From NCBI RefSeq assembly GCF_037042905.1, contig NC_087250.1, forward strand, positions 11,162,001-11,226,000: 64,000 nucleotides of DNA. Reading direction: 5' to 3'. Under the pieces are notes generated by a model. The model had not been told where the DNA came from. It saw only the letters and a list, made by a program, of their open reading frames with translations, and did no database searches. Within the stretch, counting starts at the first letter, position 1; the number at the start of each line of letters is the position of its first letter. The DNA comes from Lytechinus pictus. Lineage: Eukaryota. This document shows, piece after piece, positions 1-12,938 of the stretch. Position numbers and translations under genes: made by a program.

Positions 1-456
1 CGAAGAATAATCATGTGAATTACAAGTGATATATTCTTCTGTTATTGGACTGTATAACAAGACATATGCATTTCATTTTGTAATCTTTTTGTCCTAATTC
101 TAGTGCCAAAAAAGGGGGGAATTTACATTTTTTGGGTAATATTTTACAATTTTAGGGCATTTTTCGCAAAATCCGCCCCCAAAGGTAAAAGTGAAAAAGA
201 ATTGACATCACAACATCATCAAATATTCATTCTCATACACCTCAGACAACTTAAAAATAAAATTGGCGAAGAAAAGTGAGAAATAAGGTTGAAAACAATG
301 GATTATCCTATTGTGCTTTGTACAGGCCAATATGGCGCCAAAAAGGACTCCCCACGAAGGAAAGGAGGGGGCTGAAAATTTGAACCCCATCATTTTTGGT
401 CTAAAGGACCCTATTGAAGCCAAAACAACCAAAAAATCAATATTGGCAAACAAATC

Positions 457-1002
457 CTACGGGATAACACACCATACCGCACTTAAATGGGAGCAATAAG
501 CTTTCAGACCAAACCCTGCTGATAATGTCTCTAGAAAGTTTATTTCATTATTTCTAGCCCTAACCAATTCATGGGCATTCCATCTACCCCCTGTTTGGGA
601 GGTGAGGTATGTAGCACCCCAGTCTTCCCCACTAGCATCTGTACGTAGTTCCATTGTAAATTTCCCATGATGCATTTTGCATATCGTTGATGTAGCATTT
701 GTTGCCCACCATTCCAGATCCTTCTTAGCGTCTGTCGAGAGTGACATGACTCTATTAAAATACCCTTTATTACATCTTAAGGCTGCTATTTTATCTTTCT
801 CGAGTGCCCTGTAATAGAGGGGGCCATATTGTGAAGCTGGGAATGCAGCTACTATTTTCCCAACTAACTTAGCAACTTCTTGTATAGTTGGACTCTTTTT
901 CTCATACAACCTAATGCATGCCTCTTTTAAGTCTTTACCTTTGTTGTCAGGCAATGTGACTGTCATTGTAATCGTACTGAGTTGAAACCCCCAAAACTCC
1001 AC
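457..1002 (-). pseudogene. DIRS RT-thumb/RNase H region, truncated
   Basis: DLEWW, LRTDASGEDWGA, GGRW and INFLETLS are DIRS RNase H motifs. The expected downstream DNTTAV-type motif is absent because homology ends at ~481. Confidence 0.85.
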
Positions 1003-1047
1003 TACTTGAGTGGGCTCGAGAACAGACTTTGAGGAGTGAATTATAAA

Positions 1048-1806
1048 TCAATGAGAACTTAATAGTGTCGTTGTGGCCAACACAGACTTGTTTGTTGCTT
1101 CTTCATTCTTTCCAATAATTAGAGTGTCATCCAAATACCCGACAACTTTGTGTTTGGACTGTCTACGAGAGGCAAACACTGGTTTAGGGAGCTTGGTAAA
1201 AAGTCGGGGGGCAGACCTAAGTCCATTTGGTAAGGCTTTGTACTGCCAAAGTTGACCTTGCCAAATAAATCTAAGATACTTTCTAGAGTCTGTATGGATT
1301 GGAACTGTATAGTAAGCATAACGAAGATCGACTGAAGCTAATAAGTCTCCCCGAGAAATAAGAGAGATTGCAGTGGCGAGGTTGTCCATCTTAAAATGGT
1401 GATAGTCTACATATTCATTTAGCCAAGATAAATCCAAAATCAAGCGTACTCCTCCATTTTTCTTAGGCCTTGTAAAGACATTTGAAATGAATTCCCCAGT
1501 TACATGGAAGCAGCGTTCAATTACACTTTTTCTTTCTAAGTTTGCTAATTCTTCATTAATCATTGCCATCTGCATGTTATCCCTCTTGTAGATATGTATG
1601 GGTTTTTCATGTCTCGGGGGAAACTTGTCTGGGTCAAACTCCAATTTATAGCCCTGAATGGCTTGGAGCGGGAAAGGGTCTGAGGTAATTTGACGCCATT
1701 TATTGACAACAAGCTTCAGTCGACCTCCAACAGTACATAATTCAGGGGGATTCCCATTACAAGCACTTACCTCTTGAGTGCTTGGCTCTGATGTCGGGAC
1801 TTCCAC
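1048..1806 (-). pseudogene. DIRS reverse transcriptase domain
   Basis: Motifs VGGRL, GYKLEF, FISNVFTRPKKNGGVRLILDL, HHFKMD, VDLRYAYYTVPI, LPNGLRSAPRLFTK and GYLDD. A stop at 1048-1050 interrupts the pol frame. Confidence 0.92.
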
Positions 1807-1808
1807 AA

Positions 1809-3140
1809 CTATTTCTTGCGTTGTGCTCTGTCCTTGTGTGCTGTTGATGTGAAAGTGTGGGAAGCTTGCTGAGCTTGCTTGTATTTCCCTTTCTTGTAGT
1901 TCTGATGTAGGCCTAAAAAAGCCGATCTGAATTCCCCGCTTTGTGATAGGTTGAGTAGGACGACAAAGAGGATGATACAGGGGTTAAGGTCTGGTTTGAT
2001 CATATTTTTTCGAAGCAAGTTCATGCCATAATTGGCATTACACACCAAGGCTAAAGCATCGTGCTGTTCCTCTGTCATTGAAACTGGATCAAGAGTATGC
2101 GCAAAGGCACATAAGCCCTTAGTCATGGACAGCTGAATGTGCTGAAGTCTAAGGTCTTTATTTTTAGTAGCGGAGCGCAAATTCTCCCAGATGATGGTGT
2201 CACTTTTGGGGTGTCAAGAATTTCACAGTTTGCGGGTGAGATATATTTTTCAGCCGCTTTCTCAATGGATTTTTCTTCCAGCTTGTTAATCATTATTTAA
2301 GATATTGATCGAGCGAAATCTTCATTCAAAGGTGTGCCTATGGCACTAGGCGCAGCAAATTTTGCTGCTATTACGAGGATTGTTGAAGGGACAGGATTGA
2401 TTTCTCCCTTGTCAACCAAAGTAGAGGCAGTTGTAGAGAGAGCCCTGCCTGAGCTGGCTAGGTTAACGTTTGGAGACCTATGTCTATGACAAAGGTCCTC
2501 TTCATCTGCGTCAAAAAGAATGTCACTATTTGGGGTAAGAGAACCACTCCCATCGCCCTCACCAGGCAAGCCGCGGGCGAACCCAACTAGCGGGGGTTCC
2601 AAACTAGCATTAAAAACAGCCTGGTCAGAAGCATGAGCTTGTACAGGGCCCGCTGGAGGGAGCTTCTCCATCAGGACTGATAACATGCTTTCAAGCCTGT
2701 ACATTCTAGAATCTACGCTAGAAGTGCTGAGGTCCCCCCCCCCCCCCCCCTTGAGCTCGGCTTTGCCTTACTCAAACTAGTTTTAGATCTACTCTCACCG
2801 ATCGGTTTAGCCTTGGTCATAGTACTAGATTTCTCTTTAGAGGGTGTTTTTTTTGTGGCAACTTACTTGTATCATGATCGTTCGGCTTTGCCTTACAACT
2901 TGTAATCACTTTGTCGTGAGTGGACTTACCCGAGCTCGGCTTTGCCTTACTCGGCGGCGGTGTCGGCGACTTCTCTCCGGAGCTGCCGGTAGCCTTTGGG
3001 TTGTTGCCCGCTGTAACTCCGCTGACACCTGGAGTGAGTCGAGTCGTGGTAAAAGACTCCATTTCGAAAAATACGAAGCGAAAATTGTCCAGAAAGGATA
3101 CAGTCTCGTTCACAAGCATTTGATCTTTACTAATGAACAA
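1809..3140 (-). pseudogene. DIRS gag-like ORF1, broken by frameshifts and stops
   Basis: ORF pieces 2817..3140, 2297..2704 and 1809..2180, plus an intervening piece reading AAEKYISPANCEILDTPKV. IWENLRSATKNKDLRLQHIQLSMTKGL resembles DIRS ORF1. Confidence 0.65.
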
Positions 3141-5296
3141 CTAATTTTAATACGTTGATCTGCCAGATGGCGAAATTTTTTGTGAAAATCCGCGGAAAAA
3201 ACAAAGTTCATAGCGTGGTTTGTAAGCGCGACGAACGTATTGAACGTAAGCGTAGCGGGAGGGCTCTCATGTATTCTCGTTCCGAGAATTATAAAATAAA
3301 ATATAATATAGGCCTACGTCCTAATTTGATCGTCATAATCTGGAAAGCCTATTTAATCCCGTAACTTATGAAAAAAACATCATCGGTTTTGAACAGAGAG
3401 TCTATATGTAAAATCAGTGCATTTCAGCCCATTACAAATTTGCAGTGCTACAATTCTGGTGTCTAAGAGTAAAGCACATCTACAAACTCTCACAGTGCAA
3501 AATCTTGGTCGGGAAGGAGGACCATCCAGGTTAAAGTTTGCTGTCTCCTTCCCGGCAGCCAAATTTTGCACTTTGGGAGCATGTTTCTTGTACGTTATCA
3601 TTGACTTTCTGTTGTTTAACTTCATGTGTTTTTTTTATTATTTTGAAATGGCCCATCCAACTCCCAAACCCAGAAGTATAGGCCTATGCAATGCTTCCTC
3701 TATAAATTTTCTTTCAAAATTAAGGATTTTGTATGCACCATAATACACGAAAAGTTGGAGCGGGCCCCTCCCACACCTACCCCAGGAGTATAATTTTTTC
3801 TCTATATTTTTTGTTCAAAATTTGAGAATTTGGTATGCATAATAACATGCCAGGAGAAGCTTCAATTTCAACATTTTTTCTCACGATTGTAGGCGGAACC
3901 CCCTCTCACACCCACCCCAGATATATATGCAATGTTTTATATATATATTTTCATTCCAAATATAATGATTTTTGATAACACGTCTGGGGAAAAATGTCAA
4001 ATTCAAATGTTCCTATGGTGAACCCGCATTCCACACCCATCGCTCCTAAAAATTCTAAAGCAGACTTGACCCGGAAAATGGTCTGTTTGGGCCATACTAG
4101 ACATTATGAGTAAAAAAATGACCAAGAATAGAGTAAAAACGACCCGGAATAAAGTAAAATGTGACCCAGAAAAAAGTCTTCCTGACCCTATTCCGGGTAA
4201 TTTTTGACCCGGAATGAAGTGTGGCCACAAACGGACTATTTTCCGGGTCAATCTGACCCCGATTTTTTTTTGCGCATATAAGGCCTCTACATTATTAAAC
4301 ACTTGGTGCTAATGAGGTACGATCCATATGATCAACTATTGTAATCCTTGATCCGCCCCTTGTGAAGAGGCTACTAAACTAGCAGTGCAGTCAGATTTAT
4401 CAGTCTCAAATAACAAAATGCATAGACCACATAACATGCACACCAAAGACAAATGCACAGAAAAAAAAGTGAGAACGAAAGTGTGAAAATCGGTAGAAAA
4501 AGGCATGTGAACCAGGGAGTGTGACTGCCTTCCACATGCACACCCTGGCCTTGGCATGCCCTGCCTTGCCAGGCCCTCGCCCTTGGCCTTGGCAAAATGT
4601 GTTCTCAAAAATGAAATTTGAAAAGCAAATTCAAAGTTCATATTAATTTTGGTACAACTGAAAAATAACAACCTTCTTTTGCCATAAATAAGTTTAATCA
4701 AGTTCAGTTAATGAAGGAATACGAAATCTAATTTTCGTCACCAGACTTTGTCTTTGGCTTGCCTTGGTGACAGTACAATTTCGCGGGATCGCTGGGCGGG
4801 CCAGCCGGGGCCAGGCGATGGCATGCAAGCAGAGCTGCAGAGCCAGCCCACAGTAGGCTAAATAGCAATGAAATAATTAAGCTTCATATATGTCTAAATA
4901 CAACTAGTGGTTAACCATCAACATTGGCTTGATTATTTAATTGGCATACTGGAAACACCTCTAAAAAGCGTTCCGTGTTTATTCCGTACTTAGTTAGGGC
5001 CTGTATAAGCCTTAGCGTCGGCGTAATGCTGGGTTCCTCGTAAACCCATGGCCCAAGCAGTACCGTAGTCTATTAAAAACATTCTCATTTTTCATTATAT
5101 TCCAGTAATATTTCTTAGTCCATTACGGGTAAAAAATATAATGTATTTATAAAAAACACACATACACTTACCGGTACGTAAAATACCTCCATGTTCGCCT
5201 TCAGATTAGTTCATTTCCTCATGAAATTATTTGGACGGACAAAACATAGCAGCAGGCTACAAACTGCATTGAATTTAATGCATCCAGGTGCAAAAA

Positions 5297-5790
5297 TCTT
5301 GTCATCTGATCGTCTCTTCTAAAAGATGTCGACATGACCAGATCCGGGATCTTGTCATCTAATCATCTCTTCCACAAGATGTCGACATGACGAGATCCGG
5401 GATCTTGTCATCTGATCATCTCTTCTACAAGATGTGGACGTGACGAGATCCGGGATCTTGTCATTTGATCATCTCTTCTAAGAGATGTGGACTTGACGAG
5501 ATCCGGGATCTAGTCATCTGATCATCTCTTTTAAAAGATGTCGACATGACGAGATCCGGGATCTTGTCATCTGATCATCTCTTCTAAAAGATGTCGACAT
5601 GACGAGATCCGGGATCTTGTCATCTGATCATCTCTTCTTAAAGATGTCGACATGACGAAATCCGGGATCTTGTCATCTGATCATCTCTTCTAAAAGATGT
5701 CGACACTAAGAGATCCAGGATCTTGTCATCTGATCACATGACGAGATCCAAGATTTCGTCACCTGATCTTTTCGCTAGCAAGATGTCGAC
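5297..5790. repeat. 53-bp tandem repeat, about 8 units, internally palindromic
   Basis: Unit GATCCGGGATCTTGTCATCTGATCATCTCTTCTAAAAGATGTCGACATGACGA; successive starts at 5341 and 5394. Confidence 0.95.
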
Positions 5791-7385
5791 TTCCAAAGAT
5801 AATTATTTCAACAGCTCGGTGGCACTTTTAAGCTTCCAAACATTTCAGTGGAATATTTTGTGTTGCAATTAGTGGTGGGTTACCCCCTATTTTGGCTGGG
5901 TTGACGGGACTATAGACCTATAGTTACGCAGAATAACTGCAGTTCGGTTCGGATTACTATAAAACCATGCGACTAAATGAGCTTGGTTGGGGTCAGTGGG
6001 ATAGATGTATAGATATACAGTTACATGCTTTCTGATTGGTTAAATTAAGCATCTATGAAAAAAAATCTAGAATAGATGTGTAGTTGCATAGTTGTCATAT
6101 TAATGACCTGTTTGGATCCTCATAACCGTCTCAATGTTCGTGATTTGCGAATGATTTTATGAGGCACTTGAGATTAGAGGGTTCATAATGCCGTATTGTG
6201 AAAGTGGCATTTTATTGAGTTCATTAAGACTAACAAGACATAACTAAAAACTTTTGTCACTTTTGTTTTAAAATTACTAAATATTTCGCCCTCCTGCCAA
6301 CCTAATTAACCATCATCAAACTTGGTTTTGTTGTGTATCTGCCAAATAGGCCAAGAGCATTTGGTTTAACATGGAAATTTTAGGTAACAAGCTGATGTTT
6401 TCAGGGTAGGTCCAGAGTTATGTGGAGAATAAGATACTAAAATCCGTAATCCAAGATGGTGTCCAAAATGACCACCATTCACAGAAAATAGATATAACTC
6501 ACTCATTATCCACCCTTGACATCTATTTTCAGTGCATATTTCTTGGTTTAAAGAGGTACAACAATACATGTTAGAGTACCATAAGCAGATCACATTGCCT
6601 AAAAAAGTCAAAGATGGCGTTCAAAATGGCTGCCAAAGCCTAAAAATCGACAATTCATATATAACGTACTTCTGTGTCTCTATTTTTTTCTATTCAGTGG
6701 TTAAAAGGTCAAGTAGTACTTTGAAACAAGTTACAAGGACAGTCAGTGTTCAAGTATGTCAAAAAATTAAAGATGGCTTCCAAAACTAGTCTTAAATGAC
6801 TACTGGTGCATACAAATAGGCATAGTTTATTTGATGTCTGCCATGGAGATCAAGAATTTGGTGTTTAAACAGTGGTTTAAATAGCCAAATGATATATTCG
6901 AACTAGTTACAAAGACAGTAAGTGGTTCAGTGTTTTAAACAAAATCTGACATGATTAAACAAAGGAGTCTAAAATAACTGTTGTAATTGAAAAATTGACA
7001 TGGTTCATTAAAAAATCAACCTGGGAGATATGATTTTGGTGTCTAAACTATGGTATAGATTGTCAAATAATACTCTAGGACAACATTAATTGGTTCAGTA
7101 TGTACAAAAATCAAAGATGGCTTCTAAAAAATAGAGTCCGAAATGGATTATGTTGGAAAAACTGAATAAACATCTACCTGGGATATATAATGTTGGTGTT
7201 TAAACCATGAATTAAAGAGCTAAATTATAAATTGGGACAAGTAACTAGTACAGTCAGTGGTCCAGTATTGAACAAAAAATCAAGGTGGCTTCTAAATAAT
7301 AGAGTCTAAATTAACAATTGTTATCGAAAAAAATGACACAGTTCGTTATAAATCCACCTGATAGATATGATTGTGGTGTCTATAC

Positions 7386-7592
7386 TACTGGCGGATCCAG
7401 CCCCTCCCCCTCTCCTTTTGAAAGTGAAGACATTTTTCTTCTTATTTATTTACTTTTTGACTTGTCAATTTTTTTCGTTAACCACATTTTTTTTTTTTTT
7501 TTTTTGAAACATTTTTTGGGGGTTTTGCTTGTCAATTTTCCTCGGGAAATGTGCCCCTCCCCCTTGTTTGGAAAATCATGGATCCGCCCCTG
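7386..7592. mobile_element. Short hAT-like MITE nested in the foldback element
   Basis: Ends ...GGCGGATCCA and TGGATCCGCCCCTG; 8-bp flanks GTCTATAC/GTCTAAAC (1 mismatch). Confidence 0.7.
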
Positions 7593-8176
7593 GTCTAAAC
7601 CATGTTTGAAAGGGTCAAATAACACAAAATGAAAAGACAGCATGACAGTCAGGGATCATGTATTTTTTTTTCTTCAAAAAATCGAAGACAGCTTCGAAGA
7701 ATCTAGTTTAAGATGGCTGCTGAGACAGCATTTTCATGCAAATGGACGTTTGCATATTGTGAGCAGTCTTAAAGTATTATTTGACCATTGAAACTATAGT
7801 GTAGACACCAAAATAATCTCAGGCGGATATAAATTGAACTGTTATTTTGAAAGTAACAGCAGCCATTTGAGAATCCATTTTTGGAAGCCGTGATCGACTT
7901 TTAAATAAACAGCTCACTGCCCTTTCAAAAATGTCTGAATGTATTTCTTGACCCTTTTTACCATGGTTTAGACACAACAAATTCATCTCCCAGCCATACA
8001 TTAAATGGAATATTTAAATTTGAATGTAGCAACAGCCATTTTAGACTACATTTTTCGAAACCGTCTTTGATTTTCGGACAAACTGGATAACTGACTTTCC
8101 TTCGAATCTGTTCTAGAGTATTTTTGACCCTCTAAACCATGGTTTAAACACCAAAATCTTATTTCCCAGACATTAA

Positions 8177-8779
8177 AGGACAAGTCCACCCCAACAAAAA
8201 CTTGAGTTGAATAAAAAGAGAAAAATTCAACAAGCATAACACTGAAAAATTCATAGAAAACAAATGTAAAATAAGTAAGTTATGAAATTTTAAAGTTTCG
8301 CTTCATTTCACAAAATAGTTATATGCACATCTCGTTCAGTATACAAATGAGGGAACTGATTACATCACTCACTCACTATTTCTTTGGTATTTTATTATAT
8401 GAAATATGAAATAATTTGATTTTCTAGTCATTGTCATGTGAAATGAAGTTTCATTCCTCCCTGAACACGTGGAATTCCATTATTTTAACATTTTGTGGTT
8501 CAGGCAAGGAGGTCCTAATCGTCAAATTCGTAAAAAATGAAATGTTGTATAATTCAAACAATAAAAAACAAAAGAAATAGTGAGTTAGTGACATCATCGA
8601 CTCTCTCATTTGGATGTAACTGGCTCGTTCATATAACTATTTTGTTAAAAATAAGCGAAACTTTGAAATGTCATAATTCTCTTATTTTACATCCGATTTT
8701 GATAAAATTTTCAGCATTGTGCTTGTCTGATTTTTATCTATTGATTCAAATCAAGAATTTTCTGAGGTGGACTTGACCT
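8177..8779. mobile_element. Kolobok-like MITE nested in the foldback element
   Basis: TTAA|AGGACAAGTCCACC...GGTGGACTTGACCT|TTAA. Confidence 0.85.
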
Positions 8780-9440
8780 TTAAATGAACGATGTCATTTT
8801 TACAGTAACAGCAGCCTTTAGGACTCCATTTTTTTAAAGTCAACTTGTTTTTTGGACAGACTGGACCACTGACTGTCATTTCGACTTGTCCAGATGTATC
8901 ATTTACCCCTTTAAACCATGGTTTAAACACCAAAATCATATCTTCCAGACAGATATTAAATTAACTTTGTCCATACGGCAATTTTTTGGAAGCTATCTTG
9001 GATTTTTGACACATTTGACCACTCTCTGTTCTTGTATTCCGTCCTAATGTATAACTTGAAACTCAAAATCGTTGAATAGAAACAAAATTATTACATTAAA
9101 CTAAGAAATGGTTGAATTGTGGAAGTTTAGGCTTTCGCGGCCATTGTTGGACGTCAACTTGGGTTCCTATGATACCTATGTTCACTCTAACCTGTATCAA
9201 TACATCGTTTTACCCATTTAAATCATAAAATAAGCACGGATTTTGCATGTCTAGTGTTGATAACGAGTGAGTTATGTCCATTTTCTATGAATGGGTAGTC
9301 ATTTCGGAGGCCATCTTGGATTGCGGAAAACCCTCAAAAAAGATGTATGAGGACTTTTAGTAAGTTGTTTCAGACATAATACTGGACCTATCCTGAAAAA
9401 ATCAGCTTGTTGCCAAAAATTGCCTAATGCTCTTGGCCTA

Positions 9441-9817
9441 AAGTCATTCTTCTTTTTTCTGTTTCTGGCCACACCCTATCTGCTCTCGAAGGAGATGAGG
9501 CCAGGTGATTTTTCTTTAGCCAACCATCGATCGACCCACTTTACACTACGGTCCTTCTTAAGGACCAGAGCCAGCTCTCTCTGCTCCAAATTTGAATGAG
9601 TCAACTCTTCAAACAGTGGACTCATGAATAAAATAGCGTATCTAACCATGGTAACAGTAGAAAATTTGGCGCACTGTGACAAAAGCGCACTTCAGCATTG
9701 GACATGTTTTATACATGCGCTCGATACGCGCTTATTTAAGCGTAATTTATACAGGAAATCTGCATAAACCATTGACTCAACCGTGGGTTTTCAAAACCAC
9801 CTTTGTGAATTCGGGCC
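9441..9817 (-). mobile_element. One end of a degenerate Harbinger-like element with a coding remnant
   Basis: Minus strand starts GGCCCGAATTCACAAAGGTGG (Harbinger-type terminus), followed by the remnant MSPLFEELTHSNLEQRELALVLKKDRSVKW. The partner end was not found. Confidence 0.4.
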
Positions 9818-10212
9818 AATATGTTTTGAAATATTACATGTAGCGTATCATATGCATATTTTGCTGAATATTGTAGTTGAGAGTGTGTATATCAATAATC
9901 TGGAGATTGCAATCTTGGCACTCTAAGACAATCGTGTTGATTGACATCATAAGCAACGTCAAATTTTTCACATTTATCTTAATTGTGACTTTTTTTAATT
10001 ACGGTATATACATGTAATATATATTTTTTTTTGCAGGATTTTCTGCATTTATTGGAATATATACAAAACAAATTTACAATGCTTGAGACATAATCATAAT
10101 ATAGCATAAAGTACATAACCAAGTGACAAATTTATATGTAGTGACTGGAGAAAGACATAAATACAATATATAACAAATATATATAATAAGCAAAATGCAG
10201 AGGCAAACTATA

Positions 10213-12938
10213 CACAACAAAAAAGTAAGTCCCCCCTTTATAAACATACATCAATAATTTCCGAACCGATGCGAGTTTTTAATATATTTTTACATGAGCG
10301 TGTAGGTAATTTTATAAGCTATCCTCTGAGTAAAAGTTATGGACGTATTTTACGCCATGCTTCAGTGAGCACCGTCAGAAGGCAAAAATGTCACTTTTCA
10401 AAAGTCACAAGCCAAATATCATTACTTTGATTCCATTTTATTGGAACTAGTTCCACATTCTCATCATGAAAATTTGTCAGAAGACTTGTAAAAGGTACTT
10501 TCTAAAAGACGATACAACTCTTTTGGCTAAATTTCACGGTTGAATAAACACAAGTCCAAATTTGCTATAATTGGATGTTTTACACATTTCTATCAATAAA
10601 AATGATAAAATATGATGACAGTTATTTTTGGGAAGAGTTTTTCAACAATTTTCATCGTTTCACGGTTCAATGAATATTTATTGAAAACAACAAATATGAT
10701 TTTCAAATATCATAGGCATGTATTGTTTCATTTTGGTAACTGACAATGATATTTTCTCAATTTTTTCGTTATGTTCATGACCAATTAACATGCTTCAATG
10801 ATTCAAAGGCGTTTAATTAAACATTCACGCTTGAATGAACATGTGGAATGTGATTACCTCTTTTTTAAGTTATCGGAAAAAATGCAATTTGTAACTATGG
10901 ATATCTGTCACAAACTTCCTTGCATAGTTCATTTGATTTGATTTTTAAGAAAATCCCGATGTTTAATGCATCAGTGAGCACACAATATTCGAAAATTATG
11001 CAAATGAGAAGAAAGTTCAAGGCCTTGGCCCCCCTCTGTGCCGTATCGAATGGTTATTTTGGTGTGCGCGCCTTTTGGATAGTGTTACTCTGAAACCATG
11101 TGCGAAGTTTCATGAAATAACTGTTGGCAGAAATAACAAAAAAACGTCCATGAAACAAACCCTCATTTCATATTTGTTAAAATTTTTACTTCCTCTCTCA
11201 TAGACTTGTGTACATTATGGGTGCATATGTTTAAGAATAAGTAACCCCTTATTCAATATGGTGGAACTTTTTTTCAAGGCTGTCTTTAGCAATGTCATTT
11301 GGCAGTAATGTTTATCAACCTATGGGCAGAATTCTGTGCAGAAATGAAATCGATTTGTTAATTTATGGATGAGTGAGCACGCATTAACTCTTAACATGCC
11401 ATACACACTACTAACCCAACGCCACAGTGCTAATCCGATGCTAATCCCATGTGCCAGCCACAAAACCCCCCTGTGCCACATTGATTTTGGGATCGCGAGT
11501 CGTATTCACTCCTTTCAATAGTCATGATTACAATTGCTTGTAACTCTCTAACGATTAGTTTATCCACAAAATATTGTGTAGTAAAGTTGTAGGAAATTTC
11601 ATACCCCTTATAATGGTGTCCTCATTATATGGATTGGTTATTATCTTTACCGCTAAAATATGAGTTGTATCAAGTAGTTCCATTTTGTGGAGTGTTTTGT
11701 ATGGATCAAAAAACCTAGGTCTCTTCCCTCTCGGAGGCAGAGCAATATCTTGTAAAAAATGTAGAAATACTCGAAAAGTCGAATGTAAACCGCGTGAGTA
11801 AGTTGATCTGTCAGAAAGCAGAGTTCGCACTGCACACAATAGTGCTAATTACGGCATGCATGCGAGCGATGCGCAATACAATGCAAAACGGCGTAACAAT
11901 GATTGTAATTCCGAATGTGCGCAGTCATGCACGAAGCAGGCGAGGGTAGGAAACAATGCAAGCACAAAGCAATCAATAGTAGGCGTGCGAGCACGAGTGT
12001 GGCATGTTATAGTAGGATACATAGCGTGCACGAAGCACTCAATGAGTTAAAGTGGGAAAATTGGTATTTTCAATGTCACAGACTGATTTTAAAGGGTAAT
12101 AAAGTGAATATTGGGGGCAAATTCGGTTTCAAATGTGACTTTGATTGCTGTTGTTTTTATCATCCATCATTTTTATCACCACACACTTTCCGAACTTAAA
12201 ACATTTTCATGGTTGAGCGAGCACATTCGAAAACTTAGGAATGAATATTCTTTATACTGCATAAATGTATTATTTTCCTAACAATTTATTATGATTAGTT
12301 TAATTTATGGACAAATCAGTGGTGGATCCAGAATTTTAAAATGGGGGAGGGGCCTATAATCGGGGGAGACAACAACATTTTCAAACTTTAACATGATCTA
12401 ACAAGTTGTAGAGGATACTTACATAAACCCCTATGATGATACGTCACAATACAGGGGCCGCAGAATGGTTTTCAAAATGAGGGGGGGGGGGGCTGACCAT
12501 GCAAAAAATCACAATCATATGGTCATTTTACATTTTTGTACATGCTTTTTGGAAAAAGTGGGGGGCTAGAGCCCCCCCCCCCCAGCCCCCACCCCCGCTT
12601 CCGCGGCCCCTGCAATACATTGTGCTCACTCAACCATGAACATACGATATAAACATTGTGTGTGGAGTGACTAAATGATGGATAGTAAAACAGAAAAAAC
12701 AACTTTTACCCAACTTTGTATTTGCACAATCTGAAAAACGACTCTTGTGACTTTCAAAAATTGTCATTTTGAATTCAATCTTTAATTACTCATACATGAC
12801 TCAACCGATCAATTTAATTTTTCACCAGAAGTTGTTTAATGAGTGTAGAAAACCACCTACGAAATATCATATCTCAAAGTAATTCCCTTCAAAAGTTACA
12901 TCAATTTGATTTATGGGGGACTTACTTTTTTTGTTGTG
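10213..12938. mobile_element. Tc1/mariner-like non-autonomous element, 2.7 kb
   Basis: TA|CACAACAAAAAAGTAAGTCCCCC...GGGGGACTTACTTTTTTTGTTGTG|TA. No transposase ORF. Confidence 0.85.
12452..12612. mobile_element. Small MITE nested in the Tc1-like element
   Basis: CAGGGGCCGC...GCGGCCCCTG terminal inverted repeats, flanked by CAATA on both sides. Confidence 0.65.

Larger units (their letters stand above)
481..3297 (-). mobile_element. DIRS-like (tyrosine-recombinase group) retrotransposon, degenerate and 3'-truncated within RNase H; methyltransferase and YR regions absent
   Basis: Minus-strand order is gag-like pieces (3140-1809), RT (1806-1048), RNase H (1002-~481). Non-coding leader runs to ~3297. 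Boundaries are approximate. Confidence 0.85.
6349..9438. mobile_element. Foldback-type non-autonomous DNA transposon with long imperfect inverted arms and internal subrepeats
   Basis: TA|GGCCAAGAGCATT...AATGCTCTTGGCC|TA. Arm similarity extends for several hundred bp. Subrepeats (TGGTGTCTAAACCATGG, CAAGATGGC) switch orientation near 7.8 kb. Confidence 0.8.

Noticed and set aside
5297..5790. CRISPR-like appearance of a palindromic regular repeat
   Set aside because: Units are contiguous with no unique spacers, there are no cas genes, and the context is eukaryotic.
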